A stretch of 64,000 bases of DNA, taken from positions 1,280,001 to 1,344,000 of the forward strand of contig CAVOKF010000007.1 of assembly GCA_963696385.1 (NCBI GenBank), written 5' to 3'. Each line of letters opens with the position of its first letter. Position 1 is the stretch's first letter. Positions 1-9,731 of this stretch are shown here, in pieces. Under the pieces are notes generated by a model that was not told the origin of the DNA, did not search any database, and worked only from the letters and a program-made list of their open reading frames with translations. A program made the translations under genes and the position numbers. This stretch comes from an uncultured delta proteobacterium (lineage in GTDB: Bacteria; Myxococcota_A; Polyangia; Polyangiales; Polyangiaceae).

Positions 1-317
1 CATTTCGTCGGTTTTACCAGGGGTCACGCCGAGCAAGAGGAGCAACCATAGGCGATGGCACGTCGCCAGGCGGAGTGGGCGAAGGTTCATGGGGGGCTCG
101 TGCCGCTCCAGGTTGCCATGCCCGGTCGTGTCGGAATAGGCACGGGCGCCCCGTCGTCAGGCGTGCGCAGTGGCGCGGGATGGACCACGGCCGCGCGGTT
201 CCAGGTTCGATCGCCGATCGCGACGCCCCTTTGGGCAAGGCCGCCGCTTGTCGACGGGCCGCCATGTTCGAGGCACGAGGGCGGTTCGGCCGACCGAGGG
301 TCGGCTGCGCTCCCGCG

Positions 318-749
318 CTAACGCGTCGACTTCCCCGGTTCGAGCGCCGCCATGCCGGCGGCCGCTACGGCGGACTCTCGCGCCGCGCTCCGATGCGGAT
401 CCGAGGGCCAGCCGATGATCACCAAAAAGACGTCGAGCACGAACAGCGCGATCGCCGCGTCATTGAAAAGCGTCGCGGTCGCTCGGTCGGCCGAAATCTG
501 GTTGGCCGCCCAGAAGAGAAAGGCCAAGGACACGATGAGCGCCTTGCCCCAATCCGTGGGCCGTGCTCGGCGAATCCCCTGGAGCAGCATGTAGGCGAAA
601 GCGACGAGCACCAGCGGCAGCGCAGCAAGGATATCGTGAACGCGGGCGGACAAGAGCTGCGGCGAAGCGTCGCCAATCAACAGGACGGCGACGCTCAGAA
701 GCGTCAAGACCCCGACGCCCGCGGGGAGCGCACGCAGAGCGGCAGACAT
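318..749 (-). CDS. Hypothetical integral membrane protein (~4 TM)
   Basis: 143-aa ORF with four hydrophobic segments (VGVLTLLSVAVLLIG, ILAALPLVLVAFAYMLL, ALIVSLAFLFWAA, AAIALFVLDVFLVIIGW). Confidence 0.7.
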   Translation of the reverse strand: MSAALRALPAGVGVLTLLSVAVLLIGDASPQLLSARVHDILAALPLVLVAFAYMLLQGIRRARPTDWGKALIVSLAFLFWAANQISADRATATLFNDAAIALFVLDVFLVIIGWPSDPHRSAARESAVAAAGMAALEPGKSTR

Positions 750-885
750 GGCGCGACCCTAGCGCGGCCGTTTGGATGCATCCACGCTACGGTCCCCTCG
801 GCGGCCCGCCCAGGGGAGGGCTGCGGCATCGACGCCTTGTGACTGATCTTCGCGGCGTCGCGGTACTTACCGGGCGGTCGGGACC

Positions 886-1728
886 ATGCGATCGCAGCAA
901 GACGACCTCACCCGGTACGCCGGGCTTCGGCACCGTGTGCTGGCCCCCGAACAGGAGCGGGCCGCATGCGTCGCGCTCGCCGCGGCGCGGGCCAGCGGCG
1001 ATTCACGCGAGGTCAAACGGCTCGTCGATCACATCGTTCGCCACAACATGCGCATGGTCGTCAGCATCGCGCATCGCTACGCGGGTCGAGGGATCGACCT
1101 CGAGGAACTGGTGCAGCTCGGGGCGATGGGCATGAGTCGAGGGCTCGAGACGTTCGACGTCGCGCGCGGTTTGCGGCTGTCCACGTATTGCGCACACTGG
1201 GTGGCCCAGCACATCCGTCGCGCCGTGCACAACGAGGGCGCGACCATCCGTCGACCCGTGCACGTCCGCGAGATGGGCGGCAAGATCCGACGCGCGAGCG
1301 ATCGCGTTCAGGCTGCTACGGGGCGTGAGGCGACGGTCGAAGAGCTCTCGACGATGACCGGGGCCGCGCCTGCCGCCGTTCGCCGCGCACTCGCTTCCCG
1401 GGCCGTCGCGTTTACGCCGAGCTTGGATGCGACGGTCCGCGAAGATGGCCAGACGTTTCTCGACATCACCCCGGGCGAAGTGCCGGATCCCGAAGCGGCG
1501 CTCATCAGCCGGGAGCGGGCCGAGCAAGCGCGCGAGCTGCTCGAAACCCTCGACGCGCGGGAGGCCGATGTCCTTCGGGACCGCTTTGGCGACGATTCGT
1601 TGAGGCTCGTCGATATCGGCCGCAAACTGAATGTGTCGAGGGAGCGTGCCCGACAGATCCAAGCCGAGGCACTCGATACGCTCCGTCAGCGCATGAAGTG
1701 GAAGGCGGCGCGGGAGCGGCGCGCGTAG
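886..1728 (+). CDS. RNA polymerase sigma-70 family factor (RpoD/RpoS-like, no region 1.1)
   Basis: Region 2 NMRMVVSIAHRY..GIDLEELVQLG..FD..G.RLSTY, region 3 IRRPVH, region 4 LVDIGRKLNVSRERARQIQAEAL. Confidence 0.93.
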   Translation: MRSQQDDLTRYAGLRHRVLAPEQERAACVALAAARASGDSREVKRLVDHIVRHNMRMVVSIAHRYAGRGIDLEELVQLGAMGMSRGLETFDVARGLRLSTYCAHWVAQHIRRAVHNEGATIRRPVHVREMGGKIRRASDRVQAATGREATVEELSTMTGAAPAAVRRALASRAVAFTPSLDATVREDGQTFLDITPGEVPDPEAALISRERAEQARELLETLDAREADVLRDRFGDDSLRLVDIGRKLNVSRERARQIQAEALDTLRQRMKWKAARERRA

Positions 1729-1815
1729 CTTTCGCCCGTCGGATGGGTCGTCTGTTCGCAGGGGCATCTCAAATCGCTGCGTTCGGCCATCGCGCCTGCG
1801 ATACATTCGTGCGCC

Positions 1816-3351
1816 ATGAGCGAGGCATGGGCTCCCGGCGGTCCCGACCTGGAGTGCGGCGTCCCTGCGGCCGGTCTCCGTGAGCGGGAGCCGCTTCTCG
1901 GTCAAGTGCGCGGCGAAGCCGTGATGCTTCTGCGCGACCGCGGCAAGGTGTACGCGACGAGTGCCACGTGCACGCACTACGGAGGGCCCCTGGCGGAAGG
2001 GCTCTTCTCGGGTGGGACGGTGCGCTGTCCGTGGCACCACGCATGCTTCGATCTTACGACGGGCGAGTCGTTGGGCGGGCCGGCGCTCTCGCCGATCGCG
2101 TGCTTCGACGTCATCGAGACTGGAGCGCTGGTGAAGGTCGGCGCGAAGCAGCACGCGCCCGCACGCGTGATGGTGGCGCCAGGGCCGTCGTCGGTCGTGA
2201 TCGTCGGCGCTGGGCCGGCAGGAACGGCGTGCGCGCAAACGCTTCGTTGCGAAGGATACCTGGGGCCTATCGCGCTCCTGGGCGCGGAGCTCCCCGGACC
2301 GGTCGATCGACCGAACCTGTCGAAAGACTACCTCGCCGGGAGTGCGCCGGAAGAGTGGATTCCTCTCCGCACGCCGGAGGCATTGCGCGAGCATCGGATC
2401 GATCTCGTCGTGAACGATCCGGTCTGCCGAATCGTGCCTGGCTTGCGAAGCGTGACGCTGACGAGCGGCCGATCGATGAACTGGGGGGCGCTCGTGATTG
2501 CGACCGGCGCGGAGCCGATCGTCCTGCCGATCGACGGGGCGACGCTGCCGCACGTGCACACGCTGCGTACCCTCGCCGACGCCCGCGCGATCGTCGCCCA
2601 AAGCGCGAACGGTAAGCGCGCCGTCGTCCTTGGTGCGAGCTTCATCGGGCTCGAAGCGGCCGCGTCGCTTCGCAAGCGTGGGCTCGACGTGACGGTCGTC
2701 GGTCCGGAGGCGATCCCGCTCGCGCGCATCCTCGGCGAGGAGGTTGGGCGCTTCGTCCGGAGCGTTCATGAAGACAACGGCGTCGAGTTCAAGTTGGGGC
2801 TCAAGCCGGTGCGCATTACGGCGTCGCAGGTCGAGCTTTCCGATGGCTCGTCGCTCTCCGCCGATCTGGTCGTCATCGGCGTCGGCGTCCGCCCGCGTAC
2901 GGATCTTGCGGAAGAAGCGGGGCTGCGCGTCGACAACGGCATCGTCGTCGACGAGAGCCTTCGTGCAGCGTCCGACGTGTACGCGGTGGGCGACGTCGCG
3001 CGTTATCCCTACGACGAAGAGCTGGTTCGCATCGAGCACTTCGCCGTCGCCGAGCGACACGGCCAAGCCGTTGCGCGAACCATCGCGGGGCGCGCGCAGC
3101 CGTACCGCGAAGTCCCTTTCTTCTGGAGCCAACACCACGACGTGACGCTCTCGTACGTCGGACACGCGCGGTCGTTCGACGCGCCCGAGGTACACGGCAG
3201 CCTGCAGCAGCGCGACGCGATCGTCGCGTATCGACTCGCCGGGCGCGTGCGCGCGGTGCTCACCGTGGGACGCGATCGGGCGAGTCTGGGCGCCGAGCAC
3301 GCGCTGCAGATGGGCGACGCAAAGGCGATCGATGCGCTGCTGCGCGCGTAA
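1816..3351 (+). CDS. Rieske 2Fe-2S/FAD-dependent oxidoreductase fusion (ferredoxin reductase/AIF-like)
   Basis: CTHYGGPL and CPWHHACF Rieske motifs; GAGPAG FAD motif; DRPNLSK; GASFIGLE; VYAVGD; PFFWS. Confidence 0.95.
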   Translation: MSEAWAPGGPDLECGVPAAGLREREPLLGQVRGEAVMLLRDRGKVYATSATCTHYGGPLAEGLFSGGTVRCPWHHACFDLTTGESLGGPALSPIACFDVIETGALVKVGAKQHAPARVMVAPGPSSVVIVGAGPAGTACAQTLRCEGYLGPIALLGAELPGPVDRPNLSKDYLAGSAPEEWIPLRTPEALREHRIDLVVNDPVCRIVPGLRSVTLTSGRSMNWGALVIATGAEPIVLPIDGATLPHVHTLRTLADARAIVAQSANGKRAVVLGASFIGLEAAASLRKRGLDVTVVGPEAIPLARILGEEVGRFVRSVHEDNGVEFKLGLKPVRITASQVELSDGSSLSADLVVIGVGVRPRTDLAEEAGLRVDNGIVVDESLRAASDVYAVGDVARYPYDEELVRIEHFAVAERHGQAVARTIAGRAQPYREVPFFWSQHHDVTLSYVGHARSFDAPEVHGSLQQRDAIVAYRLAGRVRAVLTVGRDRASLGAEHALQMGDAKAIDALLRA

Positions 3352-3436
3352 TCCCTTCCCGAGCCTCGCGCACGACCCTGCCGACGGCTTATAGGCGCGT
3401 GCGCGAGGCGGGGCGCCTGCGCGACGGAGGGCGGGT

Positions 3437-4117
3437 TCATTCTCTTTCCGCGAGTCCGTGCCGGACGTCTTGCCCTCGGACCATGAAGATGACTTCCTCG
3501 GCCACGTTGGTGGCATGATCGGCGATCCGTTCGAGGTCGTTGGCCGCCCACATCACACGCAGGCCGGCAGGCACGTCGGCGGAGTGCGAGGCAACGTAGT
3601 CGGTCATCCTCGCGATCACGGTCGCGCAGTGTTGGTCGACCACCTTGTCGTGCTGCCGCACGCTTTCGGCCCGGTCCGGATCCCGCTCCACGAACGCAAC
3701 CAAAGCGACCTGGAGCATCTCTTGGGCTTGGTGGTCCATGGCGAACAGTTCATCGCTCACGATGGACTTGGCATGGTCCGGCTCGTCCACGGCAAGTGCG
3801 GCGAGGTTGACGGCTTCATCGCCAATGCGCTCGAGGTCGGTGACGAGCCTGAGCGCTGCGGCCAAGAACCGTAGGTCCGCGGCTACAGGTTGACGCAGCG
3901 CAATGATCCGCAGGGCCAACGCGTGCAGGTCGATCTCGTCTTGATCGAGCTGCGCCTCGATTTTCGGCACGTCCGCCGCAAGCGAGGGCTTGCCCTGCCA
4001 GAAGGCGTCGAAGGCGATTCGCACGATTCGCTTGGAATGCTCCCCCATCGCAAGCGCCTGCCCCTGCAGTTCGCGAAGTTCGCTCTCGAAGTTGCGGCTC
4101 GTATGGACCTCTGCCAT
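3437..4117 (-). CDS. phoU: Phosphate signalling complex protein PhoU
   Basis: RQPVAADLR, DLERIGDEA and LERIADHATNVAE..FMV.G.DVRH duplicated PhoU motifs. Confidence 0.96.
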   Translation of the reverse strand: MAEVHTSRNFESELRELQGQALAMGEHSKRIVRIAFDAFWQGKPSLAADVPKIEAQLDQDEIDLHALALRIIALRQPVAADLRFLAAALRLVTDLERIGDEAVNLAALAVDEPDHAKSIVSDELFAMDHQAQEMLQVALVAFVERDPDRAESVRQHDKVVDQHCATVIARMTDYVASHSADVPAGLRVMWAANDLERIADHATNVAEEVIFMVRGQDVRHGLAERE

Positions 4118-4243
4118 CGGTTTCGTCGTCCTCTCGCGACAACTTCGGAGTCACCCGCGGCACAAGCCGCGATCCATGCCAGCTCGACGGTGGCGCCGCA
4201 TGGCCGCGCCACTTGCCCAAGCCACGTGCCCGAGAGCCATCGC

Positions 4244-4303
4244 GCGTATCTCCAAAAGCCGCTTACTCCGGCTTCTTTGACCCGCAAAGTGCGCGAGGTT
4301 TTC
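4244..4303 (+). pseudogene. Relic of a response-regulator receiver C-terminus
   Basis: AYLQKPLTPASLTRKVREVF matches the REC beta5-alpha5 pattern (FLxKPxTPxxLxxKVREVL); no N-terminal part present. Confidence 0.5.
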
Positions 4304-4386
4304 TTCATGGGTCCAACCGCCCATGAGCGCGGCGCACCCGAGCGGGTACCTGCGCCTTCCGGCACCCGTACCCGCTCACGCGCGCT

Positions 4387-4884
4387 TTAGGACTTTTTGG
4401 CCGACGATTGAATGGCGACTTTCTTCGGCTGCGCTTCGGGCGTCTTCTTGATGGAGACTGTGAGAACGCCCTCTTTCAGCTCGGCGTGCACGCTGCTCAT
4501 GTCGACGCCATCGGGCAGGGTAAACGAGCGGGTGAACTCACCGTACGAACGTTCGGAGGTGTAATAGGTATCCGTTTGTTCCTGCTTCTCGGATTCCCGT
4601 TTGCCCGAAACCGTCAAACGGCTGCCTGTGACGGAGACCTCGAGATCCGACTCCTTGACCCCGGGAACGTCGGCCTTGAACGAATACGCGTCCTTGGTCT
4701 CTTTGACCTCGAAAGACGGCAAAAACGTGAGTGGACCTTGCGCGATGAACGGCGTCATCTCGCGGAAAGGGTCCCATCCCATGAGATCGCGCATCACTCG
4801 CGACAGCTCCGATCGAGGTTCCCATGCGGGCGCGATCGACGCGGGACGATTGCCGTTATCCTTGCGAACTGCGATGTCAGCCAT
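4387..4884 (-). CDS. Hsp20/alpha-crystallin small heat-shock protein
   Basis: WDPFREM, PSFEVKET, DVPGV, LTVSGKR, ERSYGEFTRSFTLP, GVLTV; GGAGGAG RBS before ATG at 4884. Confidence 0.96.
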   Translation of the reverse strand: MADIAVRKDNGNRPASIAPAWEPRSELSRVMRDLMGWDPFREMTPFIAQGPLTFLPSFEVKETKDAYSFKADVPGVKESDLEVSVTGSRLTVSGKRESEKQEQTDTYYTSERSYGEFTRSFTLPDGVDMSSVHAELKEGVLTVSIKKTPEAQPKKVAIQSSAKKS

Positions 4885-5206
4885 GTTGGTTTCTCCTCCA
4901 ATGGGGTTTCCCGAACGGGCTCGGCCTGTCGCTCTCGCGGCCGCCCTGCCCCTCCGTGCGACGCCCCGAGCGAAGGGCTCGTGGCGGGCGCGTTCGGTCC
5001 TTGAGCACGAAGCGGTCCATGCGCCGAGCCTTGCCTGCCGCGTCCGTCTTCCGCCTGATCCAGCGTATCGCCGGCCGCAAGGATTGCTCTCGAGCGCAGA
5101 ACGCGCGCCCGCGCTCGGGCGATCGCGAGAGGGTCGGCCCATGCGCTCGGAGCCTTCTCACTCGGGGGATCGCCGTCGGTGCCGACCCGGGCCATCGACC
5201 GCGAGT

Positions 5207-7057
5207 TCACTCCACAGGCGCGCGTTCGCCGCTTTGCACCTGCTCTTGCAATCTTCCGTACAGAGACTCGAGCAGGGGACGATACTTGTCGATCGCGACG
5301 CGGCGTTTGAGTTTCAAGGTCGGCGTGATCAGGCCGCTTTCCGTCGTGAAATCATCGGTGACGAGCGCAAACGCCGCGATGCGCTCGAAGTGTCTGAACC
5401 CCGCACTGCGTTCTTCGAGCTCGTCGCGGATGAGCGCGCGAACACGACCATCCGTGGCTGCGTCCCGCACCTCGAAGCCTTGCTTTCGCGCCCAAGCCCC
5501 CAGTCGACCCATGTCGAGTGCGATGATGGCGACGCAGTGCGGCCGGTCGTCGCCGTAGATGAACGCGCTCGCGATGTAAGGCGACGATTTCAGCGCTTCC
5601 TCGAGCGGTCCGGGCATGACGTACTTGCCGTTGTCGAGCTTGAATTGGTCTTTGATGCGGCCCGTGACGTAGAGGAACCCATCGTCGTCCATGTAGCCCA
5701 GATCGCCCGTCCTAAGGCCGCCGTCGGCAAGCAAGACCGCTTCGGTCTCCTGCGGACGGCGGTAGTACCCTTGCATGACGTTCGGTCCGTACACCACGAT
5801 TTGCCCTTCGCCCCGAGTTCCAGACGGCGATTCGATGACCACGCGCGATCCGGGAATGACGATTCCGACGCTGCCAAGCCTGCGGTGTTGAGGACAATTG
5901 GCGGACACGATGGGGCTCGTCTCCGTCAGGCCATATCCCTCGTAAACCCTCAAACCGATCGCCTCCATGAATTGCGCGACCTCGTGTCCCAGCGCCGCGC
6001 TGCCGCAAATGGCGAATTTGATTCGTCCCCCGAGCCGCTGGCGCACCTTGGAGAACACGAGGCGATCGACGATCCCGTGCACGAGGCGGCGAGCGATCCC
6101 CATGGGCGCGCCGCCATCGTGCACGGGCGCGCTTCGGATGGCCGTCCGCAGGATCGCCTGGACCAGGCTCGGCTGCCTTTGGATTTGCTCGCGCACCGCG
6201 CAGTAGATCCGCGTAAATACCCGCGGGACCGCGACCAGGATCGTCGGCTGGATGGCAGCCGCGTCCTCGGCGAGGCAAGCAATGTCGCGGTTGAGCGCCA
6301 TGGCGCAGCCCATGCTCATGAACGTGTGCAGTTCGATCTGCCCGAAGGCGTGCGCCCAGGGCAAAAAGGACAGCGATCGGTCTTCCGGCTCGAACACGAA
6401 AATCTGGTGCAAGGCGTTCACGTTCGATACGACGTTGCCATGAGTCAGGAGGACGCCTTTGGGTAGACCGGTCGTGCCCGAGGTGTAGATGAGATTGGCC
6501 GTCACTCGCTCGTCGACGGGCGCCGGCGATGGCGGCGCGGTCGCGCGGGTCCGATCCAGCAGGGCCGCGTACGAAGTCGGATCGGTGCGCGCTCCTTCGA
6601 AGACAATCACGTGGCGGAGCGCCGGCAGGTTCGCCCGGACGGCTGCCAGGCGACCGGCGATCGCCTCGTTTGCGGCAAACACGACCGTGGCCCCGCTCTC
6701 GGAGAGGATGAACTGCCTCTCGCTCTCGAGTTGTGCCTCGTACATCGGGACGAGCGTGGCCCCGAGAGCCCAGGTGGCATGCGCACAAACGGCCCAGGGT
6801 ACGCAGTTATTGGATAGGATGGCGACCTTGTCGCCACCGGTCACCCCGAGATCGGAGAGGCCCGCCCGACAGCGCACGACGAGCTCGTGGAAGCCGGCGT
6901 AGGTGGTCCACGACCATCCGTCGGGTCCCTTCGTTCCGAAGAGGGGGCGCGTCGCGAACTTCTCGCAACTTCAATCGCAGAGATCGACGAGGCTTTCGAA
7001 CCGGCTTGGCCCCGAACGATGCGATCCCGGGACCGCTTTCGCGGGCGGGGCGCTCAC
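5207..7057 (-). CDS. fadD: Long-chain fatty acid--CoA ligase, with an in-frame TGA at 6971-6973
   Basis: YTSGTTGLPKG, FLPWAH, EGYGLTETSP, GPNVMQGYY, RTGDLG, GRIKD. The frame extends past one TGA to a GTG at 7057 that overlaps the gpsA stop (GTGA). Confidence 0.9.
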
Positions 7058-8076
7058 GGTCGTCTCCACATCGAAGTCACGTCCGGTCCGGCCGTGAGCG
7101 CCATGAGTGCCTCGAGACTCTTCTGCGGCGAAGCTCCCTCGTACAGCACGCGGTACACCTGATCGAGGACCGGAGTCTCAATACCGTGGGTTGACGCGAG
7201 CTCGTGTGCCGAGACCGAGGCAGGCACGCCTTCGGCCACCATTCCCAATCGTGCCAGGATGTCAGGGAGCTCTTCGCCACGCGCCAACGCACGTCCGACC
7301 CGGTTATTTCTCGAGTCGGAGCTCGAGCAGGTCACCACGAGATCCCCGATTCCGGCCAGACCCGTGAACGTGGCGGGGCGCGCTCCGAGAGCCCCGCCGA
7401 GGCGCACCATCTCGGTGAAACCCCGGGCCATGAGCAGCGCCTTGGCATTCTCTCCAAGATGCATTTCGATCGCCATGCCCGCGGCAATGGCCACGATGTT
7501 CTTGAAAGCCGACGCGACCTCCACGCCGATCACGTCATCGCCCGAGAAGACCATCAAGCGGGGGCTCGACAGCGCTCGACGACCCACCTCGACGAGACGG
7601 GGAAAGCGGGAAGCGAGGACGGTGCCCGACGGCTTGCCGGCAGCGATTTCCCTTGCGATGTTCGGCCCCGCAAGGACTCCGATCTGACGTACGCAGGTTT
7701 CCTCCAAGAGGATCTCGGTCATTCGGCAGTGCGAACCCTGTTCGAGTCCTTTGGTGGCGTGGACGACCAGTTGGTCAGGCAAAAGAAAGTCGCCCGCGGC
7801 ACGACATACCGAACGGAATGCTTGCGAGGGCACGACGAACACGATGAGATCGGCTCCCGTCAGGGCGTCCTTCAGCTCGGTGACGGCGCGGATTCGGGGT
7901 GAAAGGATCAGGTCGGATACCGCGCGAGCGTTGGTGTGCGCTTCGTTGATCTCGTCGCGCCGCCGCGCGTCGCGAGTCCAGAGCACGACGCCGTGACCGT
8001 TCGATGCCATCAAGTGCGCGAGCGTCGTCCCCCAATTGCCGGCGCCGAGTACGGCTATGCCCCGCGGGCCGCTCAT
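7054..8076 (-). CDS. gpsA: NAD(P)H-dependent glycerol-3-phosphate dehydrogenase
   Basis: VLGAGNWGT, ATKGLE, GPNIA, KNIVAIAAG, GLAGIGDLVVTCSS.DSRN; ATGA overlap with upstream gene. Confidence 0.97.
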   Translation of the reverse strand: MSGPRGIAVLGAGNWGTTLAHLMASNGHGVVLWTRDARRRDEINEAHTNARAVSDLILSPRIRAVTELKDALTGADLIVFVVPSQAFRSVCRAAGDFLLPDQLVVHATKGLEQGSHCRMTEILLEETCVRQIGVLAGPNIAREIAAGKPSGTVLASRFPRLVEVGRRALSSPRLMVFSGDDVIGVEVASAFKNIVAIAAGMAIEMHLGENAKALLMARGFTEMVRLGGALGARPATFTGLAGIGDLVVTCSSSDSRNNRVGRALARGEELPDILARLGMVAEGVPASVSAHELASTHGIETPVLDQVYRVLYEGASPQKSLEALMALTAGPDVTSMWRRP

Positions 8077-9731
8077 GGCTCGGCATCCCCTACGGCCCAT
8101 GGCGCGGCACCGCGTAGACCGTACCCCTCGAGGCGATTGCGGTAGTAAAAAAGCAGACGTGAGTCGCGGACGCAAAATTCGGCGCCGATGCGGTCGATGA
8201 CGGGCAGCGGGTGGTAGGTGCGGAAAGTCTCAAGACCGCGGCGCAAGACGGCGGACGCATCCGTCGCCTCGGCCGACAGTCGAATATGCCGTTGTCGTGC
8301 CAAATCGCGGAGCTCCTCGAGCAGCCTGTCGACTTCCGCGCGCACGGCCGCTTCGGGCACCGTCGCATCCGGCGACAGGCTCTCGAGCAGTCGGAACAAG
8401 TCCAACCCCGGCGACCGTCGTCGGACCAGCTCGAAAAGGGCAAAGGCAAGAATGCTCGTGGGCAGCGCGACGTTGTCGTTCCGGTACGACGCCAGAATGC
8501 GCCGCTCCAAACCTCGCGTATATTCGGCGTCGCGGGAAGGGTCGTCGCCGACCTCCCCATCGGCCAGCAAGTAGCGCATCGGATCCACCCGACGCCCGCG
8601 CGGGTCGCGAGATTCTCCGGCGGCATCGACCCCATTTCCGAATGGATCGAGAGGTGGCCCAATGACCAGGTCGATTCGCAGGTTCAAGCGAAGCAGTCCG
8701 CGGAAGAAGTCGACCCAGCGTCCTGCCACGCTGAACTCGTCGTCGGGCGCCAAGTAGCGTTGCTTGCCCGCTTTCTCGAGGAAATTTGCGACGAGGCTCT
8801 TCGCCTCGAGAACCAGTGGGTACGTTGCGGTCGCCGGAAAGACAAACATCCTCGGCCGTGGCCGCCGGCGAAGCACGTTGTTCTTGAACGCGCGGATGCT
8901 GGTTCCGAGAAGCCCTTTCTTCAGCCGAGTCTCGATGGCCCCCGAGCGGCTCCGTGTGCCACCGGGAAAGAAGAGACTGTGCTGGCCATGCTCGAGCTGC
9001 ACGCTGGCAAACTCCTTCAGGACCTGTCGGTAAAGTGGGTCCGTCTTGCGGCGATCCACCGTGTACGCGCCAAGATGATTCATGAAAAAACCGATGAAAG
9101 GATTCGAGAACAAGTTGAGCCCGGCGCCGTATGCGAAGGGCGGCAGGCCCATGCGAAAGATGGCGAACCCGAAGAGGACCGAGTCGAGGTTCGAGCTGTG
9201 AGTAGGCACGAGCACGACCGTGCCCAATCGGGCGAGCGCGCGCAGCGTCGCCACTTCTCCTCCGATGGCGACGTTCTCTTCCAGGCGGGGAAAATCGTGG
9301 GAGCGCGCGCGAAGCCTCGCGGGCGAGAGCCCATTGAGCAACCCGCTCAGCGCCAACGGCAAGGCGCGCGTCGCGATCGCGTACACGCGAGGATCGAAGT
9401 GCCCGCGAATTTCGTCGGCGTAGTGGACCAGGACTTGCCGCACGAGATCCGCGCGGACTGGGGCATCCGCGCGCGCCAAGTTGCGTGCGATGCGGGCGAA
9501 AAACGCGGTGTCCGCGCGACCGCGGGCGTCCGCCTCGTTGGCGAGGCGAGTGCGCTCGCAGAAAAGTGTTTCGCGCAGAGCCGCAGCGTTCGGGTCCACG
9601 GTACGGTCTGAAGCGACCCTCGTCTGGAGGCTGCGTGCCACTCGCTCGACCGCCTCGTCGGCAAAGGACGCTTGCTCTCGCGTGCCGAGCGTGGGGCAAT
9701 CCGGCTTGAACCGATTGCGCGAGGAACTCAC
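8073..9731 (-). CDS. Glycerol-3-phosphate acyltransferase (PlsB/PlsC superfamily)
   Basis: HX4D motif PTHSSNLDS, GAGLNLF, GAYTVDR, FFPGGTRSRSG; GTG at 9731 overlaps upstream TGA. Confidence 0.9.
   Translation of the reverse strand: MSSSRNRFKPDCPTLGTREQASFADEAVERVARSLQTRVASDRTVDPNAAALRETLFCERTRLANEADARGRADTAFFARIARNLARADAPVRADLVRQVLVHYADEIRGHFDPRVYAIATRALPLALSGLLNGLSPARLRARSHDFPRLEENVAIGGEVATLRALARLGTVVLVPTHSSNLDSVLFGFAIFRMGLPPFAYGAGLNLFSNPFIGFFMNHLGAYTVDRRKTDPLYRQVLKEFASVQLEHGQHSLFFPGGTRSRSGAIETRLKKGLLGTSIRAFKNNVLRRRPRPRMFVFPATATYPLVLEAKSLVANFLEKAGKQRYLAPDDEFSVAGRWVDFFRGLLRLNLRIDLVIGPPLDPFGNGVDAAGESRDPRGRRVDPMRYLLADGEVGDDPSRDAEYTRGLERRILASYRNDNVALPTSILAFALFELVRRRSPGLDLFRLLESLSPDATVPEAAVRAEVDRLLEELRDLARQRHIRLSAEATDASAVLRRGLETFRTYHPLPVIDRIGAEFCVRDSRLLFYYRNRLEGYGLRGAAPWAVGDAEP

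Noticed and set aside
1003..3516. 837-aa minus-strand ORF
   Set aside because: Antisense shadow of the sigma factor and Rieske reductase; no motifs; typical of high-GC DNA
4601..6466. 621-aa plus-strand ORF
   Set aside because: Antisense to hsp20 and fadD
6971..6973. Selenocysteine at the fadD TGA (context C-D-*-S-C)
   Set aside because: Not a catalytic Cys position in acyl-CoA ligases; the downstream hairpin is too short and too close for a typical bacterial SECIS
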